Source: Selaginella moellendorffii
Taxonomy: Eukaryota; Plantae; Lycopodiophyta
DNA: 41,589 nucleotides
Assembly (NCBI RefSeq): GCF_000143415.4
Contig: NW_003314344.1
Coordinates: 640,296-681,884 of the forward strand
Reading direction: 5' to 3'
Part shown: in pieces, positions 20,881-33,364 of the stretch
Layout of the letters: each line of letters starts with the position of its first letter
How positions within the stretch are numbered: the stretch's first letter is position 1
Made by a program: the position numbers and the translations under genes
Notes under the pieces: generated by a model
The model's database searches: none
What the model was told of the DNA's origin: nothing
What the model saw: the letters and a program-made list of their open reading frames with translations, nothing else

Positions 20881-23200
20881 TGTAGGGGGTTTCAAAAGTA
20901 TAGTAGGGATAGTGAGGTCCAGGAATCAATCTTGAAGGAACTCTCCAATAATGCTTTTAAACTGACTTGAGGTTGAGACTGGGACTGAGGGGCCTTGGGT
21001 GGGAGTGAGCATGGACTCAGGTGGTGCCGGAGGGGCCACCCAAAGAAGTGCCCAAGAGCAGCTCCCACTCCCGAAAAAGAAATTGACTGCGGTGCTCCCG
21101 ACTTATGTGGAGTGGTGCCCCACTTGAGTACCTTGTGGCTCATTGGTCCTTGCCCTTCCTAGGGGCTTGGGCCTTCCCTTCGGGATGAAAGTGGGGGTGT
21201 AGAGGTATCCATACTGGGCCGTTAGGCCATAGTGTTTTGCCCCAATGTCTCGAAGCAAGTGTTGCACCCAAGACTTGGGATTTAGAAGGTCCCATGATCA
21301 AGTTTTATTATACCAAAGGATGTTAGGAACCTGGAGGCTTGGTGTGCTTGGCTGCTTGTGCCTGTAGGGAGTGTAGCCGAACCTTAAGTCCAATCTAACT
21401 TGGGGAAGGGGATTGGGAGAGATTTGGGAATCTGTAGATAGATAGCTAATGCTCTATTGCTTGTGCAGTGAGTAGTTAAAACTAAGTAGGACCAAGTAGG
21501 ACTTAGTACAATAGGTGAGAACTTTGGTGAGGGAGCTTAGCTAAAAAGCCAAGGTAGTGTTAGTCGGATAAACGAGGTTAGTTGACAAATTCGAAAGGAA
21601 AAATTTGTGGCTTACACTTAGCCTTTATGTTTAAGTGATTGGCTTCATCCTTTCGTCTAGGGGTTTAGTTTGGGGAGACGGGGGTAAAGGAGTAATTGTA
21701 GCATATGTGATTACGGGATAAGATTTGTATATATTATCATTGTGTATCCTTAGAATTTTAAGTGATAAATGAGGATAAAATAGCCACCAAGGGCTCTTTC
21801 ATCAAGCAATTGTCTCTTTTCTAGTTAACTTAAGGGAAAAGAGATAGAATGCATTACAATTGTATTCATAATAATCTTTACATTCCGGAGATATGCCTCA
21901 CTAACAGATCTAAACACTTTTCATAAATAGCTAATGGCACTGAATGCAACTAACACATAGGGAATGATACCAAGGGTGTCTTGGCAAACACAATAAACTA
22001 TCATGTAGTGAATATTGAGGGACTAAATTCAATATCATAAGGGTTTTTAACATTGGCAAATGTAAATTAACAAATGAGATTCTCTAACCAAGTCAAGTAT
22101 ATTTAACTAATAGCATTAAAGAATTTTATCCTTATGCTCTTCTGCCCAAGTGCACACGTGAAAACCAGTTTTTCAACTAACTTAGATGGAGACTGATAAA
22201 AGCTGTAATAATATTGACCTCCTGTTATCATAGAGTAAAGAAAGGATATTTGAAAGGGCTCATCAATAGGAAACTTTTGATACCCACAGTCACATTCACA
22301 ACAATCTTGACTTTCTTGCCAAATATTATCATAAATTACTTCAATTATCAAAAGGATCAAGATAAAAAATTTATATTTTATTATAAATATTTTTAAATTA
22401 AATACATTAAGGGTTTAAGAATATTCTAAGCATATTTAACTAGATAAAATTATCAACATAATCTATATAAGTTTATAGTATAATCTTAAGCTTTAATTCT
22501 ACTCTTTACCAAAAAAGGAGCAATCTTACCTTTTCAGCAATATAGAGTTTTGGAATAATCTTCTTCTTGGCAAAAGGGAGAACTAGCATCAGCTTGAGCT
22601 TTCTACACAAAGATTCAGCTAATTATAGAAAAATAGAAAGGATAGACATTCTAAAGTAAGTAATGAGAGTACTATTGATATTGGTGATGGTGCTACTGCT
22701 AAAAAATATTTATCTTTTCTTCATCTTTTAGCTTTTGAGAAATCAAAACCCACTAGAAGTTCATTCTAATAAGCACATAGAGTTCTAAGCAATGATAGAG
22801 TGATGTTTTAAATGGTCAGGAGATTGAAAAAGAGCTTAATTGGTGAAATAAAATGCTATAAGAATAGGTTTATCACCATAATGGCTCAAGACAATGATTA
22901 TGTGACTGATTGTGACCTTTGCTAATGAAAATTGTGGCTGTTTTGCATGTAAAAACTTTTTGAATGCATAAAACTCTACTAAAGTACCTTGGAACTGCTT
23001 AGGAGCAAAAAGAACCTGTGTAAGCATAAGATATTGTGGCAATTAGATTCCATAATTTCAAGATGGTTATAAGCTTCAAAATTAGTCAATGCATCCTTAA
23101 GAATATATGCCCTTTTCTTGATAGGGCTCTTGATTGGTTTATATATGGTGTATCTACTTTTCCCAATAGTAGTTTTTCACTATTGTAATCATTGCAAGCA
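20881..23200. repeat. Decayed repeat block, including a solo-LTR-like element at 21697-21858 and a second copy of the 1480-2100 repeat
   Basis: TGTA...TACA element homologous to 4207-4341; about 21885-22480 aligns with about 1480-2100; no intact ORFs. Confidence 0.6.
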
Positions 23201-23263
23201 TAAAATGGAGAACATTTTTATGATAATAATATATTTTTAATATTTAAATATATAATTTGAAAT

Positions 23264-24202
23264 TTAAATATTAGGTTTACTTGTCCACAATAAAGTTTTA
23301 TGACCATTTAAAGAAGAAGTCACTGTTAAATATCCATCATCTTCCATAGTTACAATAGCAAATATTAAACAACTTTTGTAAAAGATATTATTTTTCCACA
23401 TAATATTTTTGTTATCATCTATTATAAGTAAATGACCATCAAGTTGGAAATGAAGATAACAAAATGTATCATAACTATAAGACATTGTAGACCATATAGT
23501 TCTATGGTTATTTTCAGTCTCAATTACAAGATTATAGTTCCTTAAACTTGCTCTAAATTTGTTATTTGTTAATATCAAACTATTTCCATTTATTATATGT
23601 GTACCAAGAAACTCTAGAGGGCCATTTATTAATTGTGTGTGATATGGCCAACATTGCAAAGTATCATATTCAATAATATTATGAATATTATTTGGTAGAC
23701 TTCTTTCATCAGGTAAGCCTTCATGATAGTCTAAAGTAGGATAAATTTCATTAAGATATCTTACACGACCTCCTAAGGCAAAATAATCTATTGAGAAATA
23801 TCTATATACAATAATAATCATGCCTGGAGCATTTGAACAAGCATGATATTCTAGAAGGTGCAACATTTGCAAAAATGTATTGCGAACATATGTAGGATCA
23901 AATTGGAAAGAAGGTGGTAGTGGAATGCAATTAATATAATTTGTTATGTCACCAGGATGTATATAAAGTCTAATTACTATATCTTGATAATGAATAAAAA
24001 TTGTGCGAAAGTATTCGATGCCATAATATATTGTTATGGGTTGAGTAATATCTATTGCTTCTATTAAACGTCTAAAATAATCTATAATTCTAATTATATC
24101 TCGATTACTAAAATGGCCACTTTCTCCAATCCATCTTCTTTGTGGAGGTTGAGAATAACAAGAAAAAATAAATATTAATATCCACAAGAGCATATAAATC
24201 AT
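23264..24202 (-). CDS. Secreted protein: signal peptide + unknown N-terminal domain + C-terminal bulb-type (GNA-like) lectin domain
   Basis: 312-aa intronless ORF in very AT-rich DNA with a hydrophobic N-terminus. Three beta-prism-like repeats: NYNLVI...IWST, LHFQLDGHLLI...MWKN and MEDDGYLTV...LWTS. Confidence 0.72.
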   Translation of the reverse strand: MIYMLLWILIFIFSCYSQPPQRRWIGESGHFSNRDIIRIIDYFRRLIEAIDITQPITIYYGIEYFRTIFIHYQDIVIRLYIHPGDITNYINCIPLPPSFQFDPTYVRNTFLQMLHLLEYHACSNAPGMIIIVYRYFSIDYFALGGRVRYLNEIYPTLDYHEGLPDERSLPNNIHNIIEYDTLQCWPYHTQLINGPLEFLGTHIINGNSLILTNNKFRASLRNYNLVIETENNHRTIWSTMSYSYDTFCYLHFQLDGHLLIIDDNKNIMWKNNIFYKSCLIFAIVTMEDDGYLTVTSSLNGHKTLLWTSKPNI

Positions 24203-26348
24203 TTTATAAATCTCATAAACTTAGTTATGCTTAAATAAGTCATTCTAAAGTTAATATTACCTTACATATTATCCTTTTATAAGTTCACTTAAGCCTTATG
24301 CTTTTCTGAATTTATAAAAATAGTATTCATCCATAAACTTTTTCTTTATACTTTATTTTGTATAGGTAATATCTTAGTTTTCCCTTTTTTAAGCTTTTCA
24401 TAAAAAATTTAATAAAGAAACTACAGTCCAAGGAATATGAAAATGCAAGAAAAAAACAATTGCCACTCCAACCTTCATCCCTCCAGCCAGCTGTGCTATG
24501 CTAGCCAGCCACTCCAACATCACAAAAAAATTTTTAAAAAAGACACCAAGCAGAAAAATGCCACTTACCGTTCAAATAGTTTATGCTTCTAAGACTTTAA
24601 ACATATAATCGACTATAATTTAATATTGTTTTTCCTTCCTAGATTTCTTGGTTAGACAGTAGTGAAACTCGATGCCCACGATGATATTAGCAATAATATT
24701 TCATGGTGGCTTTACATAGTAATGCAAGTTCAAGAGGTGAAATATATGATGCTCCCTATTTGGTCAACAATGATCATATTCTCAACATTGTACACAAAAG
24801 TGAGCAATATGTTTTTGAGCAAAGCACTACTATAGACATGCTAGTAGGTAGCTTCAATACCACCAGCATTTCTATCAACATTTTACACACTAATTGTCAT
24901 GATCTACAGCCCTTCATATGAATGGCTTCTAGTTACAGCAGCCCATAAGCCAATAGGCAATGAGTGTAGAATCTCCAACCTGCACTGAATAGGAATTGGC
25001 AAGGTAGTTGTAATAGTTGCAATGGTCTGTGCCACTGTTGTGGAGATCTTTAGTTGAAATCTGTGGCAAGAAGAAATTCAACTCCTCTTTTGAGCATCTT
25101 CTAGTAGATACCACAATACTCTTTGGTAGGACTGTTTGAGATGCCTACATTAGCCAGCTGGATTTCTTCTACTATTAGTCAACTAATGTGTGGCAAAAAA
25201 AAAAAAAAAAAACTGTAATGAAAAGAAGAAAAATAACTTTGGATAATACCTGAAATTAGGAGTATGCTGGATTTTACAACTTCCTTATATAGACAAAACA
25301 ACAGAGTCAACCTTATAAACTTGAGAGCTACTTGAGGGAACTTCACATGCAATTTCAAAGACACAGCAACAATACCTAGACTACTTTGGTCAAAGGAGTT
25401 GTTTTATCCTAATAGTGCAAATCAAGAAAATTATAGTTGATATTGCCTCAGCAATTGTAGATATAGTGAACCTTCAACTCCAACTCACACCGTTATAATA
25501 GTTAATAATAAGCATAGCTAAAATAATCATTCCAACTATCATGGACATGTGAAGAAGGTGCTGGTCTACTTTTGTTCAAAAGGATCCTCCTTATCAAACT
25601 AATTGCCTCCAAATGATGAGATGCAAGGCTAATATCCTCCATAACCTAAAGCTATTGTGTAAAGTCCAAGATACAACAACACTTTCTATTTTAGTGTGCT
25701 AACAAACCATGTTGATGTGTTCATTTCACATGGAGAAGGTTTTAGTGAGGGCAAAGTCTGAATGTAAGCACCACTATTTCTTAATGATAATATATAAGAG
25801 AAAGAATTTTTATTCTCAACCTCTTACCAAAAAATAGATGATAAAAAATATAAAGCTGGTATTATATTTTCCCCACTAAATGGTGAGTACCCATATCTTC
25901 ATGTTAGACCACTAGTATGCTAAAATAACATTAAACTCAATTTAACTCTATTTTGCGTGTTGGTTTTGGCATTAGAATGTTAGAAGCTCTAAAACTATTC
26001 TAGTGTTACTCTGTGCTTCTATCCTTTCACTCCTTAGATATAAGTTCTAGGAAGTTTTAATATCACTCTATGTTCATATTCCTTTGCTCTTTGGGCTGTA
26101 CGCTCAAGAATTTGTGCTCTTGTCCCTTTGCTCCTTAGGTTGTATGTTGAAGAGTCTCTTCATGCTCTTGTTCTTTCACTCCTTGAGTCTAAGCTTTTGA
26201 AATTAAATTTCTTGGGAGGTCACTTAACCTAGTATTATTCAAACCTAAAGACGCTTAATCCCAAATATCTTAAGACCCTTAACCAATTGGAAAAGAGGGT
26301 GTACTTTTTGTTATAGTCCCTTTATATTTGAATCCTAATGGTCAAGTA

Positions 26349-27370
26349 GCGAGCATGAGGAAATATGTGGCAGCACTGGTGGGGATCGAGGCCATTCCAG
26401 ATCTAAGCACTGTTGATTGCGCCACTTGCCTTGATCGCTAGCACTTCACAGTGGAGGTGTTTGCTACTATCTTCTTCCAGGGAATCTCGAAGTTCTTCCA
26501 GGGCATTCCCGAAAATGTGACTCTCTCATCCAGTTCCAACGGTACACTTTCGTCTTGGATGAATTTTGAGTGAATCTTTTTATCTTTCTTGTGATATGCT
26601 TTATTTCGTTAAAGTGGGACTTTTCATTATCCCACTTATGGTGTGTGGCCACATGCCATTTTTATAACAACAATAAAAAATTGAAGTTTTAACTTTATAA
26701 TTTATAAATTTAAAACTTTTCATATGATTTTGTGTTATAATGTTGTGAAATATAAAAAAATAAATTAAAAAACTGATAGAAATATTAATAAATATTAATT
26801 AAGTACTAGGAAATGGCATGTGGACACATGCTAATTAATGTCCCACTTTACTGAATAAGTCCCACTTTAACGAAATAAAGCATTGATGTAACCTTTGGGA
26901 CTTGGCAATTGGGATTCCAATCGCTCGTGTGGCGGCATTGCTGCTCCTCATGCTTGATATTTTATTCTCAAGAGGAGGAAAAGTGTTCCTAAACAGCAGG
27001 AACCAGCCCGTGGTATGTCGCTCTCATTTACTATCTAGAAAAAATAGATGGTTTTTTTAGAAGAATTTGATGAGATCCAGTTGACGTTGCATCGAGGGCC
27101 TGTGACTCTTTCCTACGACATGCTCAGACGTGCTAAGAAGATTTTAGTGATGACAAGAAGCTCCACCAAGAAGCCCCAGGTGGATTTGGCGCCGTGTATA
27201 AGGTATAGATTTGACAACATGGGTCCTCATTATTTCTTCCTCCTTTTACTCTTTGCGACAGGGGACTTTGGTGATGAGACCAAGAACGCTATCAAGAAGC
27301 TCTCAGTGCCTTCTAACCAAGGGGAGCAGCAGTTTCTCAACGAAGTTAAGGTTATTGGCAGCATACAGCA
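26349..27370 (+). pseudogene. Truncated duplicate of the CRK gene (equivalent to about 17365-18198)
   Basis: High nucleotide similarity including introns, with many small deletions; both ends missing. Confidence 0.9.
26596..26883. mobile_element. MITE, 288 bp, 27-bp perfect TIRs, 4-bp TSD TGAT
   Basis: ATGCTTTATTTCGTTAAAGTGGGACTT at 26596-26622 and its reverse complement at 26857-26883. TGAT at 26592-26595 and 26884-26887. Absent from the parental CRK intron. Confidence 0.9.
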
Positions 27371-27389
27371 AAGCAAGAAAATTTGACTT

Positions 27390-28355
27390 GGCCATTAATA
27401 TTTTACTCCTATCCTTTGATTATTGCATCAAATAAGATAGGATTGCTACTTCTATATTGGGGATAACCTTTTTATTTCATAACAATTACCATGTTCACCC
27501 TTAGTAAATTTTATCATCATTTCCCATTGTGCATATAATCATAGTTCAATTTTATAACTCTTCTATGGGTCTTTCCTTAGAGACTACTTTCTTGGACTCA
27601 CAATACTATTGTATTGTCATAAATCATTTCACCTCTTAGTTACCATAACCAAGTTATACTATTACCAATTATTCAAATCATTACTATAAATTAGAAATTA
27701 TGTTCTTTAACCTAATAAAGAATTTATCCTTGATTAGCAATAAGATCATCTAGTGATCCCACATAGGTTTTTCATGAATTGTTGACCACAACTACAAGAG
27801 CGTCCCCAACACTTAGCAAGCTAACCCTATTCGTGACAACCAAGATTGAGTGTTTCCATCCCATTTACCATGTTCCCCTGTTAAACTTTTATACTAGATT
27901 TATTAACTATGAATTATGACTTTAGGGCATCTTTCATTTCTAGCCTCCCAAACCAAATGCCTTTCAAGCGGGATTTTAACCCAAGCTCCATGCATCTACA
28001 AATGATATCACACAAGATGTTTAGTGTAACTCTCTATATCAGTGTACCAAATTTATATCAATACTAATTAATGTTTCTTTTATATACCCAAACTCTATAG
28101 TAAATCCCTGTAGAATAAGGACTCCAACAGAATCAATATGACCCAAGGAATGCTAATGTGACTGAAAAAGGCTATATTCATATGGTGGGTGATAATAATA
28201 TAAACATTTAGGAGTTCAAACTTAAAGTGAATATAGTGAAATGTTTAAAAGCTAACTATAACTCCTCCAGGAGATGAAATAATCAATGCTCCTAATGCAG
28301 GCATTACCTACTTCGATACCTTAATGGTTTCGCTCTAGCCCTATGGCCAACTCTC
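27390..28355 (-). mobile_element. Decayed LTR retrotransposon 5' fragment (U5 remnant, PBS, probable gag relic)
   Basis: The minus strand at about 28350-28311 reads GAGAGTTGGCCATAGGGCT...GGTATCGAAG, resembling the U5/PBS at 33430-33382; the rest is AT-rich and stop-riddled. Confidence 0.45.
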
Positions 28356-29063
28356 AATGCAAAGAGATCTTGCTGTTATCTAGCTGGTGTTGGAAGACCA
28401 TCTGGAGAACCAAGCAGAGTCACTGCCGATGTTTCTTGTGGAGCACCAGATCCTCAAGTGTGAAACTTCTAGGGGAACATACAGGGTCTCATCATATGTG
28501 ATTGCCAACATGGTCATGTTCTGCTTATGCTTTCTTCTTTTGTCTTCTCGCTCTTGTATACAGTACTGGCCGAGTCCAGCAAGTGGATGAACCTGGGCGT
28601 TATGGCAATTTTCGTTATCGTCTACAGACTTCACGCTGACCTTGTACTTCGGTTTAAGCACCGGCATAAACAACAGTAGTTAAGTTAATAAGAATGAAGT
28701 ACTTCCAACGTACCTGTTAGTAACGGAAGGGAGCATGTGTCCAAAACTTTCAAAGTTCATGATGGCGTAATCCCACGATCCCAGGCTTTTGCTTTCTCAC
28801 TCAACCCCAGAAACACCTGTTAGAGATGCATTGAAGAAACAGTTGCTGTCAGGATGCCTTAAATTAACTGCAGTTAACACAAAGATTGCCTGATCAGAGA
28901 ATGTCTGTAATGAAAAAACTAAATTTACCGTACAGCAGGAGCAGCCGAAACTCGATCAACCAAATGCTCGAGCAATTATATAACTTTTCATCCGGAAACT
29001 TTATTTAACCTGGAACGGTTATTGTACAAAGAGGAACGTTTACACGATGGCATCTCCCGTTCA

Positions 29064-29189
<126 letters not shown>

Positions 29190-29192
29190 TTA

Positions 29193-30046
<854 letters not shown>

Positions 30047-30608
30047 TTACAAAATTTTATCAAGATACTATGCGCAGTACCAATTTAAAGAGCAGCCAGT
30101 TGGAAATGCAATTCCCGCATGCAATCATTTTCAGATATAAGTTTTCCCACCATTTTTTCTAGTGTTTCGCAAATATTGACCATTGCAACTCCGGGCTGAA
30201 ATGAACAAGAGAGCGAACCCTAGGCCAACCTCCCAACCCTTAAGGCGTTACGGCCTTAAATCCCACAGGCCATAGAATATTCTTGGAATATTCCTGTGGT
30301 TCGTGTCACCCTCATGACCCAGCCACATACGGCAGCCTCGAGAAGCTAAACGAGCCTCACATGAAGGGAGTCCAAGGCAATATGGCCATGGAGAAAAAAT
30401 GTGCAAACGGCAACACCAACATTGTGACAAACGGCCACGAAAGAAAGAAAGCAATACGGCTTTCTCACATGACAATACAATCATGGAAACAAGAGAATGA
30501 GAATAGAACAAACGGCTCAAATCATATAGCAATACGGCTATAGAACTCAATTCTCCCCTTCCTCAAGAATGTCATCCAAGTCATAACCAAAACTCGGAAA
30601 CACTCTCT

Positions 30609-31967
30609 TCACGTCATCCTCAATTTCCCATGTAGCTTCGTCCATTTCCACTGAACTAACAACTCCCTAGTTGTTTTCCGGCTTGTTTTCACCAATCTTT
30701 GAGCAAGAATATTGGCCAGACCAGCCTTCTCTGCATCAATCTCTGGAACCTGGATGATGGACTGATCCACGATATCACCAGAGTGCAAACACGCTTTAAG
30801 CTTGCTCAAATGGAACGTTGGATGAATCTTTGAACTAACTGGCAAGTCTAAAGTGTATGCAAGATCCCCTACACGTTGTAAAATTGTCCAAGGTCCACAA
30901 TACCGTGGAGACAACTTAGCACTGCCACCTCCTTTTAGAGACTGTTGTGCATCTGACAGCTTAAGGAAAACCTTGTCACCAACTTTGTACTCTTGATGAC
31001 GACGATGCTCATCAGCCAATCTTTTGTCTCGTTCTTGAGCTTGCCTCATGTTCAATTTTGCCAACTCAAGCTTGTCTTGCATATCCTCCAGGAAATCACA
31101 AACATGAGGAACCCGAACCAAAGCCAAATTCAAACTCACAGGAGACCTAGGCTCATAGCCATACATCGCCATAAAAGGAGACATGCCAATAGCCGATTGA
31201 TAAGCGCTATTGTGAGCAAACTGAAGTAAAGGCAAGTATTTCTCCCATACTCTCTGTCGAGTCAAGTTTCCCACAAAAGACCATAGCATATCTTCTAATA
31301 GCTGATTCATGCGCTCTATCTGCCCATCAGATTGTGGATGCTCACCACTACTCATGCTTAGTTTAGTCTCTAGTTTCTCAAAGACCGTTTGCCAAAACTT
31401 GGACGTGAACTTAGGATCCCGATCACTCACAATGTCACCCGGCAAACCATAGAGATTGAATAACCGGTCTACAAACAACTGAGCAAGTTCAGAAGCTTTT
31501 ATCATTATCTTCATAGGGAAGAAGTGAGCCATTTTTGTCAAACGATCCACAACAACCCAAATAGCATCATTTCCTCGAAAGGTTTTGGGCAAACTAGTGA
31601 TAAAGTCCATTGAGATGCTATCCCACTTATTCTCAGGTACACGTAAAGGATGATAGAGGCCAGCGAGCTTCTGATGATCAACTTTGACCGCCTGGCAGGT
31701 CAAACAACCACGTACGTACTTCTCAACATCTGACTTCATCCCAGGCCAAAAGAAATGCCTCTTCACCAACATATACGTTTTCAATACCCCCGGATGCCCA
31801 GCACTTGGCACATCATGACACTCAACAAAAATCCGTTTGATGAGTTTGTCAATATGAGGAACCACTACACGTCCCTTCTTCACCAGGATTCCATCTCGTA
31901 TTTTGAATGACGCAAACTTGTCACCTTCAAATCTGTAGAGGCGTCCCTCAACAAAACCTTCGCACAA
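30609..31967 (-). CDS. Integrase with GPY/F-type motif and frameshifted chromodomain
   Basis: HDVPSAGH...CLTC, ISMDFIT, IVSDRDPKFTSKFW, HPQSDGQIER, KLSPRYCGPW and ILAQR...ELLVQWK. Confidence 0.9.
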   Translation of the reverse strand: MCEGFVEGRLYRFEGDKFASFKIRDGILVKKGRVVVPHIDKLIKRIFVECHDVPSAGHPGVLKTYMLVKRHFFWPGMKSDVEKYVRGCLTCQAVKVDHQKLAGLYHPLRVPENKWDSISMDFITSLPKTFRGNDAIWVVVDRLTKMAHFFPMKIMIKASELAQLFVDRLFNLYGLPGDIVSDRDPKFTSKFWQTVFEKLETKLSMSSGEHPQSDGQIERMNQLLEDMLWSFVGNLTRQRVWEKYLPLLQFAHNSAYQSAIGMSPFMAMYGYEPRSPVSLNLALVRVPHVCDFLEDMQDKLELAKLNMRQAQERDKRLADEHRRHQEYKVGDKVFLKLSDAQQSLKGGGSAKLSPRYCGPWTILQRVGDLAYTLDLPVSSKIHPTFHLSKLKACLHSGDIVDQSIIQVPEIDAEKAGLANILAQRLVKTSRKTTRELLVQWKWTKLHGKLRMT

Positions 31968-32371
31968 ATATCAGTGATAAAGGAGTCAAAGTCAGCAAAC
32001 TCCTTAAGCTCATCCAAGAGATCGCTGGATAGCTTCACGAACGAGATAGAATTTACCATCCTGGATAACGAATCAGCCACCTTATTGTCACCTCCATGCT
32101 TGTACCGAATCTTAACAGACATTTCCTGCAGGAACTCTTGCCAATGAGCAAGGCGGCCTCGAAGATCCACATCTGGAGAGACTGATGATCTGAAACTACA
32201 TGGAAGTCCAATCCATACAAAGAATGTTGCCATTCTCGAGTAGGTTAATTTTGCTGTATGGTATCAAATTTGTGGCTCATGAATGTGAGAGAATGCCTAA
32301 CTTGAAGCAATATGGCCCCAAAAGCACTATCACTCACATCATTGCCTATAATTTCCACCACAGTCACCTTA

Positions 32372-33364
32372 TCATTCATTGACCCCTTCAGAACAATCCT
32401 TGCTCTTATGTCCAGCCTTGTGGCAATGAAAACAATTGCCTTCCGCCTTGTCTTTCTCTCGCTGGTCCAAACAAAGTTTCTTAGCCTCACAACCATCTTC
32501 ATACTTCGAGCCATAACAGAACAACAGCTGTTTCTTCCCCGAATATGAAGCATTGGCGAGTTGGTCATCACGTTGACTACTCCGTAGACCATCTCGTTGA
32601 CCAAAGTTGACCAAGTTAACTGACGGTTCGGGCGAAAAGATCTGAGCCTTAGTGATAGCATCAGTCAATGTTGCTAGAAAATCCTTCTTGACCTTCTGCT
32701 GCACATCCACTGAGCTCAATCCTTTGATAAAACATTGCACCTTTAGCAGCTCATTATAGGTGCCTATGAGACTAAGGCAAAGATCACGGAACTTGCGGGC
32801 ATACGCATCCAAAGACAAAGTCCCCTGCCAAATCTCTAACAACTGATTCACAAGATTAACTTCTTCAAACTTCTTGACAAACGAAGCGCGGAAAACCTTT
32901 GTCAAATTAGTCCAAGAAGTTGGCGTTGGATTAGCTTTGATGTAGTTCTTCCACCACAAAGAAGCATGGCCCATAAGCTTTGTCACAAAGAAATCTATCT
33001 TCACCTTATCCTCACAAGGATTGTGAGACCAACAACTTTCCCACAATTCCAACCAAGAATCAACCTCTTGACTATCACAAACATCCGGTGATGATTTCCA
33101 TTCCACGATACCATAATCCTTGGCATGTTTGACGTACCAATGGTAATTACGCACATGAGATTGATTTAACCCTTGAGGGTTCATGCAAAGCAAGAAATCC
33201 TTAATGAGATTGATGAAATCATTAACCTCTTTTATGTCGCTCTGAACCTCAGAAATCTGGCATCCCTGCCGCACAACAACATCATCAAGAGTCTCTTCCA
33301 CATCATCATGGCTATCATCACTAACGCCATACTCATTAGGATCAATGTCTTGCTCTCCTGCCAT
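32372..33364 (-). CDS. gag: Gag with zinc knuckle
   Basis: KLMGHASLWW, QCFIKGL and CFHCHKAGHKSKDC; ATG at 33364 just after the PBS. Confidence 0.88.
   Translation of the reverse strand: MAGEQDIDPNEYGVSDDSHDDVEETLDDVVVRQGCQISEVQSDIKEVNDFINLIKDFLLCMNPQGLNQSHVRNYHWYVKHAKDYGIVEWKSSPDVCDSQEVDSWLELWESCWSHNPCEDKVKIDFFVTKLMGHASLWWKNYIKANPTPTSWTNLTKVFRASFVKKFEEVNLVNQLLEIWQGTLSLDAYARKFRDLCLSLIGTYNELLKVQCFIKGLSSVDVQQKVKKDFLATLTDAITKAQIFSPEPSVNLVNFGQRDGLRSSQRDDQLANASYSGKKQLLFCYGSKYEDGCEAKKLCLDQREKDKAEGNCFHCHKAGHKSKDCSEGVNE

Noticed and set aside
24400-25750. Possible gene relic
   Set aside because: Only short ORFs with no recognisable motif.
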